A stretch of 63,994 bases of DNA, counting the filler, from Octopus bimaculoides (Eukaryota), in NCBI RefSeq assembly GCF_001194135.2. It is 4 parts of 4 records of this genome, joined end to end, with 100 filler letters (N's around TTAATTAATTAA, not from the genome) between each part and the next. Parts side by side here need not be neighbours in the genome. Positions count along the whole stretch, not along the records: positions 23,371 to 40,888 come from NC_068998.1; 3 more parts are not named here. One strand, written 5' to 3'. Made by a program: the position numbers and the translations under genes. The notes under the pieces are model-generated. The model was not told where the DNA came from and ran no database searches. It saw only the letters and a program-made list of their open reading frames with translations. Below are positions 24,490-35,989 of the stretch, piece by piece; position 1 is the stretch's first letter, and every line of letters starts with the position of its first letter.

Positions 24490-25740
24490 TACCAATGTGT
24501 GTGTATATTGACTAACACATACATTTCCACAATTCTCAACTGATTTTCACCAAACTTTACACACGCATTACTTATGTCCCAAGGATGGTTATGCACTATA
24601 ACATTTTGCCCAGAGTTCTTGCATAAATAGACAAACCATGAAAAGTGGTGCTTTACATAGGTTTTTGTCTATTTCATTGTATGTACATAGTTTTTTTTGT
24701 ATATAGGGTCTTCCATATTTTTTAATCTATATGGTCATATATTGGCATTAGAGAATATTTTTTAGTGGTTTTCACATTTTTTGACTTATTTAATTATATG
24801 TTGTAATTGTGTATTATTACTTTCTATATTTTGTTTTATATGTGTATTGGTGTGTTGAGTGTTTTGGTTAGAGAATATTATAAAAGTGAACGGATTTTGT
24901 CTATTTATTTCAACTGTTTTCCATACATTTTTAATCTATATGGTCGTATATTTGCATTACAGAATATATTTTAGTTGTTTTCACATTTTTTTTTTATTTA
25001 TCATTTATTTGTATGTTGTAATTGTGTATTATTACCCTCTCTTTTTCTTTTTATATGTGTATTGGTGTGTATTGTTTGAGTTTTGGTTAGAGAATATTAT
25101 AAAAGTGAAAAGATTTTGTCTATTTATTTATTTTGACTGTCCACCTGCATTGGTGATTAAATTGACCAGGAATTCTGTACACAATGAATATCCAATACCA
25201 AACAATCTTAATTTCCATATTTAAACTGCATTAAACTTTGGCAAGCTTACCTTTACCTATTCTGAGTTACTTGAAAGGTGATGTTCTCTTCCCTCTCTTC
25301 CATTTGTTGATACCTTTGTTTATCTACCAATGCATTGATTTACTTTAAGGATGCTTATTTATCCACCCATTATGATATTTCAACTGTTGTCCATTGTTTC
25401 AAATACGTTTTAGCATTGTTGTTCTAGCCTTTTTTAAACACACACAAGAAATTTTACTTTCATGTAAAACAACTATATTTTGTAGTCATTATCTGTGATC
25501 TATTCCCAAAATACATCAGTAGCTTTACTTTGCATCACTTGCAAATTTATATGTTCTATGATCATTAAAGTGTAATGCTCTCCACTATAACCAGCCTTCA
25601 ATTCGATTTTCTGTTCCTAGGTTAATTGGAAACATAGATTGCCATGCTACTCATAAATCTCAATAGTTCAATTATTTGGTGAAAAAAATACCACCAAAGC
25701 AACTTAAACCGTCCAAAGGACAGGTGCGTTTGCGAGTATA
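24490..25740 (+). mobile_element. Probable non-autonomous Helitron/Helentron-like element with an internal ~205-bp tandem duplication
   Basis: The 3' end has a hairpin accgtcc-aaa-ggacaggt then gcgtttgCGAGt (CTAG-like). The 5' segment has tcaactgattttcaccaaacttt. Duplicated units are at ~24710-24910 and ~24917-25128. Confidence 0.5.
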
Positions 25741-26019
25741 CATATATATTTATATATATCTGTCATAGAACCCCTCCAAACTAGACACCATTATTTAAGC
25801 ATTGTCTAAGCCTAATTAAGTTACCTATGAAGAAACCAAACCAAAACAATTCTAAAGTAAGTAATCCCCACTGACTGTGAATCTCCAAACACTTTCCACT
25901 TTACTAGAATGAAGGGCAACCCAGAATAACAAGACTAAGATATAGGAAATTCACAATCAAGCATAACATGTGCATTTTCATCATCAGCTGCCAAATGGTT
26001 ATCACTATGATTTTGACAC

Positions 26020-27915
26020 CTGACTGACTGGCTTCTGTTTAGTTCCCATCTATCAAATTCACTTAGAAGGCATTAATCAGCCTGAGGTTATAGCAGAAGA
26101 CACTTGCTCAATGTGCCATGCAGTGGGACTGAACCTGAAACCACATGGTTGCAAAGTGAACTTCTTAATCACACAGCTATGGCTACCCCTCACAGTGATT
26201 TTCTTTTTCTTTTCTTTTCTGGTTTTTTTTTTTATGTCATAAAGAAGTGCCAGGCTTCTGAGACGGCTTAGTAACATATACTCAAAACAAGAACCCTGAT
26301 CCAAATATTTTCACAAGCCAGGCGGCAAGTGTAGTCTATCACCTACGCAGGCTCCAGGGAGGATTTGAACTCAGAACACATTTAGTTGAAACAAATACCA
26401 CAAGGCATCCTCGTTGATGTTCTAACAATTCTCTCAGCCCACAGCCTTGCACTGGTACTCTTATCCCTCACCTTTTACTTGTTTCAGTCATTGGACTGCA
26501 GCCATACTGGAGCACCACCTTGAAGGGTTTTAGTTGAACAAACAAATCAATGCTAATACTTATTTTAAAGCCTGATAATCCTTTTAGCCTCTATTGCCAA
26601 AACTGCTAAGTTATGGGACTGCAAGGAAACCAACACCAGTTGTCAGGTGGAGGTGGTGGTGGTGGTGGAGGACAAACAAAGACACACACATCATCATCAT
26701 CATCATCATCGTTTAACGTCCGCTTTCCATGCTAGCATGGGTTGGATGATTTGACTGAGAACTAGCAAACCAGATGGCTACACCAGGCTCCAATCTGATT
26801 TGGCAGAGTTTCTACAGCTGGATGCCCTTCCTAACGCCAACCACTCAGAGAGTATACACATACACCGTTCTATTATTCTGTTACTTAATTCAATCATTAG
26901 ACTGCAGCCATGCTGGAGTGCTGCCTTAAAGAGTTTTAGTTGAACTAATCGACCTCAGGACTTATTCTTTGTAACACTAGTACTTATTCTATTGGTCTCT
27001 TTTGCCAAACTGCTAAGTTATGGGGATGTGAACACCAACTTCAGTTGTCAAGAGATGGGAGGGGACAAACACAGACACAAACACACATATATACACAACA
27101 GGCTTCTTTCAGTTTCCTTCTACCAGATCCACTCATAAGGCTTTGATTGGCCTGAGGCTATTGTAGAAGACACTTTTGCAAGGTGCCACACAGTGGGAGT
27201 GAACCCAGAATCATGTGTTTAGGAGGCATGCTTCTTACCACACAGTCACGCCTGTGCCTAAATAATAATGATGATGATGATGATGATATATGTATGTATG
27301 TATAAAATCAAAATAAGCAACAGGATATCATGTAGGATATCAAGATAAGCAACAGGATCTATGTATGTATATATATATATATCACTTATCTTTTACTTGT
27401 TTCAGTCATTAGACTGTGGACATGCTGGAGCACTGCCTTGAAGAATTTCAGTCATATGAATTGATCCCAATATTTACTATTTTTTGTATTATTATTATTT
27501 TGCTGAACTGCTAAGTTACAGGGGCATAAACACACCATCACCACTTGTCAAGCAGTGGTGGGTGACAATCACATATGCAAAGACACACACACACACACAC
27601 ACACACACATATGACGGGCTTCTTTCAGTTTCTGTCTACCAAATTCACTCACAAGGCTTTGGTCGACCTGGAGCTATAGTAGAAGACACTTGTCCAAAGT
27701 AAAAATGTGGTGGGACTGAACCCAGAACCATGCGGTTGGTAAGCAAACTTCTTACCACAAACCCACGCCTACACCTATAGATATATTCAGTGGGCTTCTT
27801 TCAGTTTCCATCTACCAGTATTTGCAAGGCTTTGGTTGGTCCAGGGCTATAGTAGAAGACACTTGTCCAAGGTGCTATGCCATGGGACTAAACCCAGGAC
27901 CATATGTTTGAGAAG
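26020..27915 (-). mobile_element. Chain of same-orientation SINE B / RTE-tail copies (26020-26180 B, 26470-26690 B, 26691-26855 R, 26880-27260 B, 27385-27775 B, 27787-27915 B)
   Basis: Repeated family-B head and tail motifs plus one (CAT)n-ended R fragment. Confidence 0.88.
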
Positions 27916-28438
27916 CACAACATTCTGAGTTCAAATCCCACTGAAATATACTTTTTTTTTTTTTCATCTTTTGTTTTTTTTTCATTTTTCCAGGATTGAC
28001 TTAAGTTATTACATGTATTTATCTGCAAAAGTAGACCAATCTTGTGTCTGCTCAGAATGTATTAACAGCTGTTTAAATAAATACAGAAGCAGAACCTGTA
28101 TTATATGTGTGTGTTATCTATTAAATGCAGCTCTATGATATACTTCCTGGTCATCAAAATTCATTGCTTTCTATGTGAAAGGAAAAGGTTAACATTTTTT
28201 TTCATTTGTTTAATTTATAACACTTGTCTCTTTGTTCAGTTTAACACACTTGTCTAAGCAAATTTTGTATTATGCTCATTCCATTGTTTAATTCTAACAT
28301 TATTGTTTGGCATTGTCCAAGGCTTGTCGTCAAAATCTTGTTTGCTTTGTTAAAGCCAATACATTGAGAAGATTTTTCAGATACGAATTGTTTTAGAAGT
28401 GATTTGACCGAATTTTTTAAATTCATAACAGCAACAAC

Positions 28439-28478
<40 letters not shown>

Positions 28479-28514
28479 TAAACAACAATGGTGACAGTGG
28501 ACACATGAAATTAA

Positions 28515-28725
28515 CATTGATTTCAAATTTTGGCACAAGGCCAGCAATTTCAGGGGAGGAGTTAAATTGATTACATCATTCCCAGTATGTGACTGGTACT
28601 TATTGTATCAACCCTGAAAGGATGAAAGGCAAAGTCAACCTCCGAGGAATTTGAACTCAGAACATAAAGACGGACAAAATACTATTAAGCATTTTGCCCA
28701 GCATGCTAACGATTCTGCCTGCTTA
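28515..28725 (-). mobile_element. SINE family A
   Basis: Standard tail, core and head. Confidence 0.9.
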
Positions 28726-28755
28726 ATAATAACAATAACAATAATAATAATAATA

Positions 28756-29286
28756 AGTGCCCTGATGCAGTACTAGGCACTGGCTCTCATGGCTTCTGAT
28801 CTTAACTGATTGGATGTGTTATTATGTACATGTTTTTGTCTTGGTGTAAAAAGATGGGTTACAGTAAATATTCTGCTCAATACCATAGACTTGCTTGTCA
28901 ATTGCTTGACCTTAACCAGTTGAGCATGTCCCTTAGTGGCTGATGATATGTGCATCTCTGATCACGAGCAGAAGTAGTGGGAGAGCATCATAGCCATGTG
29001 TTGAAGAATTCTTTGGGGTTTGAATAATTCACCTCTGGAAACATCCTTAAACGACCCTCATTCAGAGACCGCAGGATGGGCTACTCAACCTGAAAATAGT
29101 TCTAACTGGGCCCCACCTACAAGGTCATGCGCTGTTTATCTTGATATAAAGTCACCATATTGTGTGCATGGTTGTGATGCATGTGTTTAGTGTACCCTTA
29201 TCAGATAGGTAGTCATGATGGGTGTACTGGGCTTCATATATTTGTACCCCAGTGTCACCTTGATGGCATGCATTGCTCTCTCACTT
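28756..29286 (+). mobile_element. Unclassified ~540-bp interspersed repeat (family E) embedded in (AAT)n
   Basis: Reverse-complement homologue at 56154-56706; both copies have ATT/AAT-type microsatellite on both sides. Strand is arbitrary. Confidence 0.85.
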
Positions 29287-29411
29287 AATAATAATAATAA
29301 TAATAATGATAATAATATTAATATAAAAATTTATAATAATAACAACAACAATGGTAGCAGTGGGAGCATAGAATTAATATTAACAATGAATAGTTGCAAG
29401 TGTGGCATGAA

Positions 29412-29571
29412 TAGGCACAGGTGTGTGGTTAAGAAGCTTGCTTCCTAACCATGTCGTCTAGGGTTCAGTCCCACCATACAGCACCTTGGGTGAGTGTCTT
29501 CTAGTATAGTCCCAGGCCAACCAAAGCCTAGTGAGTGGATTTGGTAGATATGGAAACTGAAAGAAATCTGT

Positions 29572-29610
<39 letters not shown>

Positions 29611-29715
29611 CATCATCATCATCATCGTTTAACGTCCGCTTTCCATGCTAGCATGGGTTGGACGATTTGACTGAGGACTGGTGAAACCGGATGGCAACAC
29701 CAGGCTCCAATCTAA
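29412..29715. mobile_element. SINE B 5' half (+, 29412-29575) joined through (GT)n(AT)n to an R fragment (-, 29611-29715)
   Basis: aggcacaggtgtgtggttaagaagcttgc...gaaactgaaagaa, then catcatcgtttaacgtccgctttccatgctagc. Confidence 0.85.
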
Positions 29716-29734
29716 ATTGTGTGTATATATATGT

Positions 29735-30210
29735 GAGGTATGTGACCTGGTGGTTAGGGTGTTGCACTCATGATCACATGATCCTCGTTTCATTTCCCAT
29801 GCCGAGCATATGGCACACTCTGCACCTGTTCAGGCAACATTCAGTTGATGGAGGCTCTGAGTCAATACACATCATAAACGTTTGATTGCTATAAATAAAT
29901 TGTCTGTGCATGTTCAGCATTAAATCGTGGAACCCTCATCTATTATTTATGACAAGCGAGTCCACAGTGTGTGTGTGTATGTATCTGTACTCTTGTCTTG
30001 ACATCACATAATTGCAAATGAGTATCACTGTTCATTTCCAGTCTTCCATGGAAAACATGTCTGGCCATGGGAAATATTATCTTGCTTGGAAACAGGGGAG
30101 AGTTGGTGACAGGAAGGGCATCCAGTCATAGATAGTCTACCTCAACAGATTCAGTCTGACTCATGCAAGCATAGAAAGGTGAACATTAAATGGTGGTGGT
30201 GATGATGATG
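29735..30210 (+). mobile_element. tRNA-head SINE (family C-like) ending in an RTE-derived tail; separate R copy at 30250-30410
   Basis: gacctggtggttagggtgttgcactcatgatc head; ggaagggcatccag...catgcaagcatagaaaggtgaacattaaa(TGA)n tail. Confidence 0.7.
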
Positions 30211-30889
30211 GTGACAATGACATAAGGGCCATTACAAGAACAATTAATAAAAACTCTGTAAAGTGGTTGGTGTTAGGAAGAGCATCCAGCCAAAAAAACC
30301 ATGCCAAAACAGACATGGAGCCCGGGCAGCTCTTCAGCTTGCCAGCTCCTGTCAAACCATCCAACCCATGCCAGCATAGAAAACAGATGTTAAATGATGA
30401 TGATGATTAGGGGTTTATGAAAAAAGAACTTATAGTCATGTAGCATTGCCAGGTCAGGGTTTTCTAGAAATTGTCCAGTTGTTGCAGTGATGTTCATTGA
30501 TGTCTAGAGTCTCTTTGAGAATCCATCATTGTTGCCCTCCATTAACCCTCGATAGAAGTCAAAGGTTGACTGGCTGAAAACTGAGTGCCTGATAACATTC
30601 CAGATGTCAAGTTCACATTCTTGGTCATCACAGTCTTCTTGGTAGGGAGAGATTCTTTGAAAAGCCTCTCCAAAATATTCTTGTTAAGTTAAAAAAAATT
30701 CTCATATCACATAGGAAATATCATCTTTAGGCCAATATGCTATGTAGATGTCTGATGATGTTTTCATTGGGATTTTATTGGCTGGGATGTTTTGGAAGTA
30801 AGCTTGTAGTGTTTTGGAAGTAGTGGAAGCATGTAAACATTACTGTAAATCTGGCCCCCGTCTTCAGGGTGGAGAGATTGCCAATACCT

Positions 30890-31395
30890 TTTTTCAGTGT
30901 TTCCCATTAATAAAGGCTAAAGAGCTAGAAATGCTGCATCTGTGAATTTGATAGAGCGCAACACGGAGTAGATAAAGTATTTTTACACCTTATACCATAA
31001 GAGAGAATTTTTTCTCCATGGTAACTGCAGTGAATTTGCCTTTCAAAGATGAAATATGTCACAAACATATTTTAACTACTTTAAAGTTCACTTATACCTA
31101 AACACTGCTTGGTGCTGATACTACTGAAATTATTCAATAGTGCAACTCAGTCAATGTTGTTGACTATGTTTTAGCTAAAGCTAGTTTTAAATCTGTGCAG
31201 AGTTACCTCTCTTTTGTATTTTCCATTGACAATGGTTAAGGAGCTAGAAACACTGTATCTGGGTATCCAATAGAAAGCAACACTGGGTAGAAATGGTATT
31301 TTTGCACATTTTACCATAAAAGAGAATCTTTTCTTCATAGTAACTGCAGTGAATTAGCCATTAGAAGTTGAAATATGTCACAAATATGTTCTAAG
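30890..31395. repeat. Two diverged ~185-bp direct repeats, period ~320 bp
   Basis: gagctagaaa...taccataa(a)gagaat...gtaactgcagtgaatt...tgaaatatgtcacaaa at 30890-31075 and 31212-31392. Confidence 0.8.
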
Positions 31396-33034
31396 TTTGC
31401 TTGATAAACATTATCAGAATGGTGTCATTCTTACTTATGATTATGTAACCATATAAAATTAAAGCTACATTGCCACATCTTTACAATCACATACTGTTAC
31501 ACAAATTCAACCAAAACACCAACAAAACCACCTACTGTTATACCAACAGAACTACAGTCACTCGCAGCACACCACACATGGATACATCAACACGAACCAG
31601 ATACTCCTGCACTAATATGCCATCACTATTCTGCACAACCATGAAATACACAAAACCTGTCACATTTTCCGAAATAATTACAATTTCTTTCTTACATCTC
31701 CAAGTTTTAACCTTCTCACAAGACTTAACAGCAAATTAATCCAAAAGCAACAACTGCCACCTCAGCTACTGTCACTGCTGCTGCCACCACCACCACCACC
31801 ACCAAACACAGGACAAACACTGTGAAGGACCAATAATACCAGCACCACCACCACCACCAACCTAAAACACATCAGATGAAGGGATACCCACCATTTAAAC
31901 AAATGGACACACATTGTGCAAATATAAGCCACACAGATGCAGTCAAGGCAGAGAGGTGAATGGACATGTGATTGCCCTTCTTCACCTACAGCATCCATTT
32001 CTATGATTGATATTCTGTCAAACAATAAGGACAAGAAGAAGAGATTATGGCAATATAAAAATCATGCAGGGGTGGAAGAAGAGGAAGGTAACTAATGGCA
32101 GTTGCACAATGGTGAAGGTTGGAAGATTTGATAAGACACCAAGAAAACTGTCAACCTTCCATTCACAATCACCACCACCAAAATAAAAAAAAAAGGAAGT
32201 AATCACCACCAACACTCCCTCCAACACATCACCCCAGAACACTAAAACAATGGAAGGAAAACTCACAAGTGTCATAGCAAAGCAACATCACAGCAAAAAT
32301 AAACTAAACAACAACAGCTGAAATTCAAAACAACAAAAGCAACAATAACAAACACAATAAAACCAAGGTAAAAAAAAAAGATCAATAAAAGACGGCAAAA
32401 ACAAAAGCTACAACAGTAACTGTAGCAAAATGAAAAGCCAAAAAGGTACAAACACCGCTCTCCTTAAATTTCACTAATATAAATAGAAACAAAAAATAAA
32501 CTGATGACGTAAAAAAGATATAATCATTACCCAGAAGATGGTGGCATGTACCATGCTTTTGCAAATTGCTTTAGGTGCCTGTATATTCATGAATAGACAT
32601 GGACACCCTTTTGGCCTTCCCATCATTGACTCAGTGGCATATAAAGGATGTAACAACTGAAGGGAGGGATGGACCAGTACTCAATTGGTATTCAGGAAAA
32701 TGAAGTGCCTAGATCAATGACACAATATGTAACCCAGTTCAGGAATTGAATCCAAAACCTTATGATTGTGAACCCAATACTATAACCACTAAACAATATG
32801 CTGCCACATGCTATGAAAAATTAAATTACAAATGAAAAAAGGAATGTTTCAACAAGCTTACTGGCAGTGACCAACACATGAATGATGCTTATTGCATGCC
32901 ACCAGCATGGGTTGGACAGTTTGACAGGAGCTGGCCAGGGTCAAATTATATATATATAGGGTCGGCCTACCTATGATGCAAGAAAGTGTATTGTGACCAG
33001 TGGTGTATAACATTTGATAGTCTGGGCCATACAA

Positions 33035-33077
<43 letters not shown>

Positions 33078-33139
33078 NNNNNNNNNNTATATATACATAT
33101 ATATACACACACACATATATATATATATATATATGTGCC

Positions 33140-33450
33140 TGCGGCATGTGTAAGGACTTTCTAGCGAGATCATTGCCAGTGCCCCTGGACTGACTCTTGT
33201 GCGGGTGGCACATAAAATACACCATTTTGAGCGTGGCCATTGCCAGTACCGCCTGACTGGCCTTCGTGCGGGTGACACGTAAAAGTACCCACTACACTCT
33301 GAGTGGTTGGCGTTAGGAAGGGCATCCAGCTGTAGAAACTCTGCCAAATCAGACTGGAGCCTGGTGTTGCCATCCAGTTTCACCAGTCCTCAGTCAAATC
33401 GTCCAACCCATGCTAGCATGGAAAGCAGACGTTAAACAACGATGATGATA
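33140..33450 (+). mobile_element. RTE 3'UTR fragment (family R); others at 32855-32940 (+), 35610-35750 (+) and 38965-39060 (-)
   Basis: Near-collinear with 63480-63747. Confidence 0.9.
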
Positions 33451-33479
33451 TATATAATTTCCCACTACATACCTCTCTG

Positions 33480-34930
33480 TTTTGTTTCTCTATCTTTCTT
33501 TTTAGTTTTATGTATCTTAATCCTTTCCTTCTTTCTTTTTCCTACCTCTTTTTTTTTTTACCTCATTTTTTTCCTTCGTTTCATTCCCTCTCCCCACTGC
33601 TTTTACTTTTCTTTTCTTCCTTTCTTTATACCTTCACGATTCCTTCCATTCTGTCCTTTCTTTCCTTCTCCTATCTACCCGCCTCCCCTCTCTTTATTCT
33701 CCCTCTCTCTCCCCTTCTACTCTTCCTTCTCTCTCTCCACCCCTCTCTTCACTACCTTCTTTCTCCTTTACTTTCCTTCCTCTCAGTTCTCCCTCTCCCA
33801 TCCCTCTGTTTTCACTACCTTCTCTCTCCTCTTCCTCTCACTCTCTTCCTCTCTGTTTTCCTCTCACTCTCTCCCCTGCTCTCCCTATCTCTTAGTTTTC
33901 TCTCTATCTAATCAGCTATTTCCTTTACATCCTTATTCTCTTCCTTTTATCTAAATTTCCTTTCCTCTCTTTTCACTCATGCCACCACCACCTTAATCTA
34001 CTTCACCTTTCAGTTTCTTTCCTCCTCCTCCTCTGCCATATTATATCTCCCCCTCCCACCTCCATAGATTCAATTGTTTCTTAATTTCTCTCTGTCTCAC
34101 TTTTCCTTCTCCTTTTCATCTCTTTTTCCTTTCTCTCCTACTTTACTTGCTTCATCCCTTTCCCTCTGTCTCTGTCTGTCTGTCTCTCTGTCTGTCTGTC
34201 TCACTGTCTCTCTGTCTCTCACACACACACTTTCCTCTTTCCTTCAATCAACCCTTCATCAGTAAAAATCTATAAAAAGAGATATAATGAACTTACTGAG
34301 GGAAGTGGGAAAGTCCAATGTTTTGAACAGAGGCTCTTCTTCAGGGAAAAGTTGAAAGGAGAGAGATTAGTGATAAACTGCAATAGTTGTACATTCTCCT
34401 CCAAATAAAAAAAAAAAATCTAGCCCCTTCTACTTGAGCTCTCACCTTCCCTCTTTGTCATTCTTTTCTCTCCTAGTCTGCTTACTTCCTTTCTTTCTCC
34501 TTTGTGTTTCTTTTTTCTCTTTATTTTCTTTCTCTTTTTTCCTTTGTCTTTGTCTTTGTCTTTCTGTCTTTCTTTTTCTTTGTCTTTCTCTTTTTATTGC
34601 CTTTTTTTCTTTTAGCTTGTCTTCTCTTTCTTTCTTTATTTCTTTCTTTCTTTTTTCTTTCTCTCTTTTCTTTCTCTTTTGTCTTTGTCTTTCTGTCTTT
34701 CTTTTTCTTTGTCTTTCTCTTTTTATTGCCTTTTTTCTTTTAGTCTGTCTCCTCTTTCTTTCTTTCTTTTTCTTTCTTTCTTTCTTTCTCTCCCCCTCTC
34801 TCTCTCCTACCTTATGTCCTTTCTCTCCTCTCTTCTTCACCCCCTTCTATTTCAGCTCTCACTTTCTTCCTCTATCTTTTCTTTCTCTCCAGCTTTGCTC
34901 ACTTTACCTCTCCTCACTTCTTTGTGACTT
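33480..34930. repeat. CT-rich low-complexity tract with an internal ~70-bp duplication (34545-34615 / 34675-34745)
   Basis: Pyrimidine-rich; it generates the F/L/S-rich and K/R/E-rich ORFs. Confidence 0.92.
34314..34347 (-). ncRNA. Decayed minimal type I hammerhead-like motif (Penelope-type)
   Basis: Minus strand tcc CTGAAGA A gagc ctct gttc AAAAC ATT gga. Stems I and II pair; the G12 position and the cleavage triplet show G-to-A change. Confidence 0.5.
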
Positions 34931-35535
34931 CTTTCCTGCTCCCTCCCCCCCCCTCTCTCAATGTCATCCCTTCATTTATTTATTATTATTTTTTTTTGAA
35001 ATGTCTATTGGCTGCCGAATTGGGGTTATACCAACTTGTGTATATGACATCTGTTTTCATTACTCTGACTTTAAAATAATATATTCCTGTGGAAAAGCCT
35101 GTCTAATCTCTTCCTCACCACAACTGGAAGAGCTACATCCTGTGGTGGAAAGTGTTTAAATATCAAAAGTGTCATATTTATTTCAACGGATGCTCATCAC
35201 ACTCGTCATCCACACCGACACCTCCACAACCACCAATACCAACACTGTCTGTCACTGCCTGCACCACCACACCTGTAACCTCCATCAACTCATGTCCTCT
35301 CTCTCTCTCTTTCTCTCTCCCCTCTTCCAGTCTTCTCCTTGTTACTGTCTATTATATCAGAAACAGTAAAATTTCAGAAGCTGTAAAATGAATGAAGTAG
35401 GGTAGTGATAAGAGTTAATGTTCCTTTATAGTGTGTGTGTGTGTGTGTAAATATATATGTATGTATATAGTTATGTCTATGTGTATTTATAGGTATATAT
35501 GTGTAAGTTTGTATATGTATTTATAGGTATGTATG

Positions 35536-35572
<37 letters not shown>

Positions 35573-35989
35573 TTATAAGTATGTATGTATATATATATAT
35601 ATATATATATGAAGGGCATCCAGCTGTAGAAACTCTGCCAAATCAGATTGGAGCCTGGTGTCGCCTCCTGGTCCACCAGCCCTCAGTCAAATCATCCAAC
35701 CCATGCTAGCATGGAAAGCGGACATTAAACGATGATGATGATGATGATGATATATGTATTTATAGGTATATATATATATATATGTATGTATATATATGTG
35801 TGTATGATTTTTCTTGACATTTTATTTAAGTTCTTAAGACAGTTCAAACCAGTTACTAATAAACTGACAAGACTTTTTTTGTTAAGCGTGTTCCCAGTGT
35901 TTATCAATATGTGGTTGTGTTGGTGTGCTGGTTGAACTGTTGAAGCATACACCCAGGTTGCGGGCATCTATTCATATAAGAATCTCAGA

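Noticed and set aside
25761-26018. TGTCA...TGACA termini suggesting a solo LTR (also TGTTAC start at ~32657, -)
   Set aside because: No TSD, PBS or PPT, and no second copy in the window.
34434-35159. 241-aa hydrophobic ORF and the antisense K/R/E-rich 132-aa ORF
   Set aside because: Translations of CT-rich low-complexity DNA; not membrane or coiled-coil proteins.
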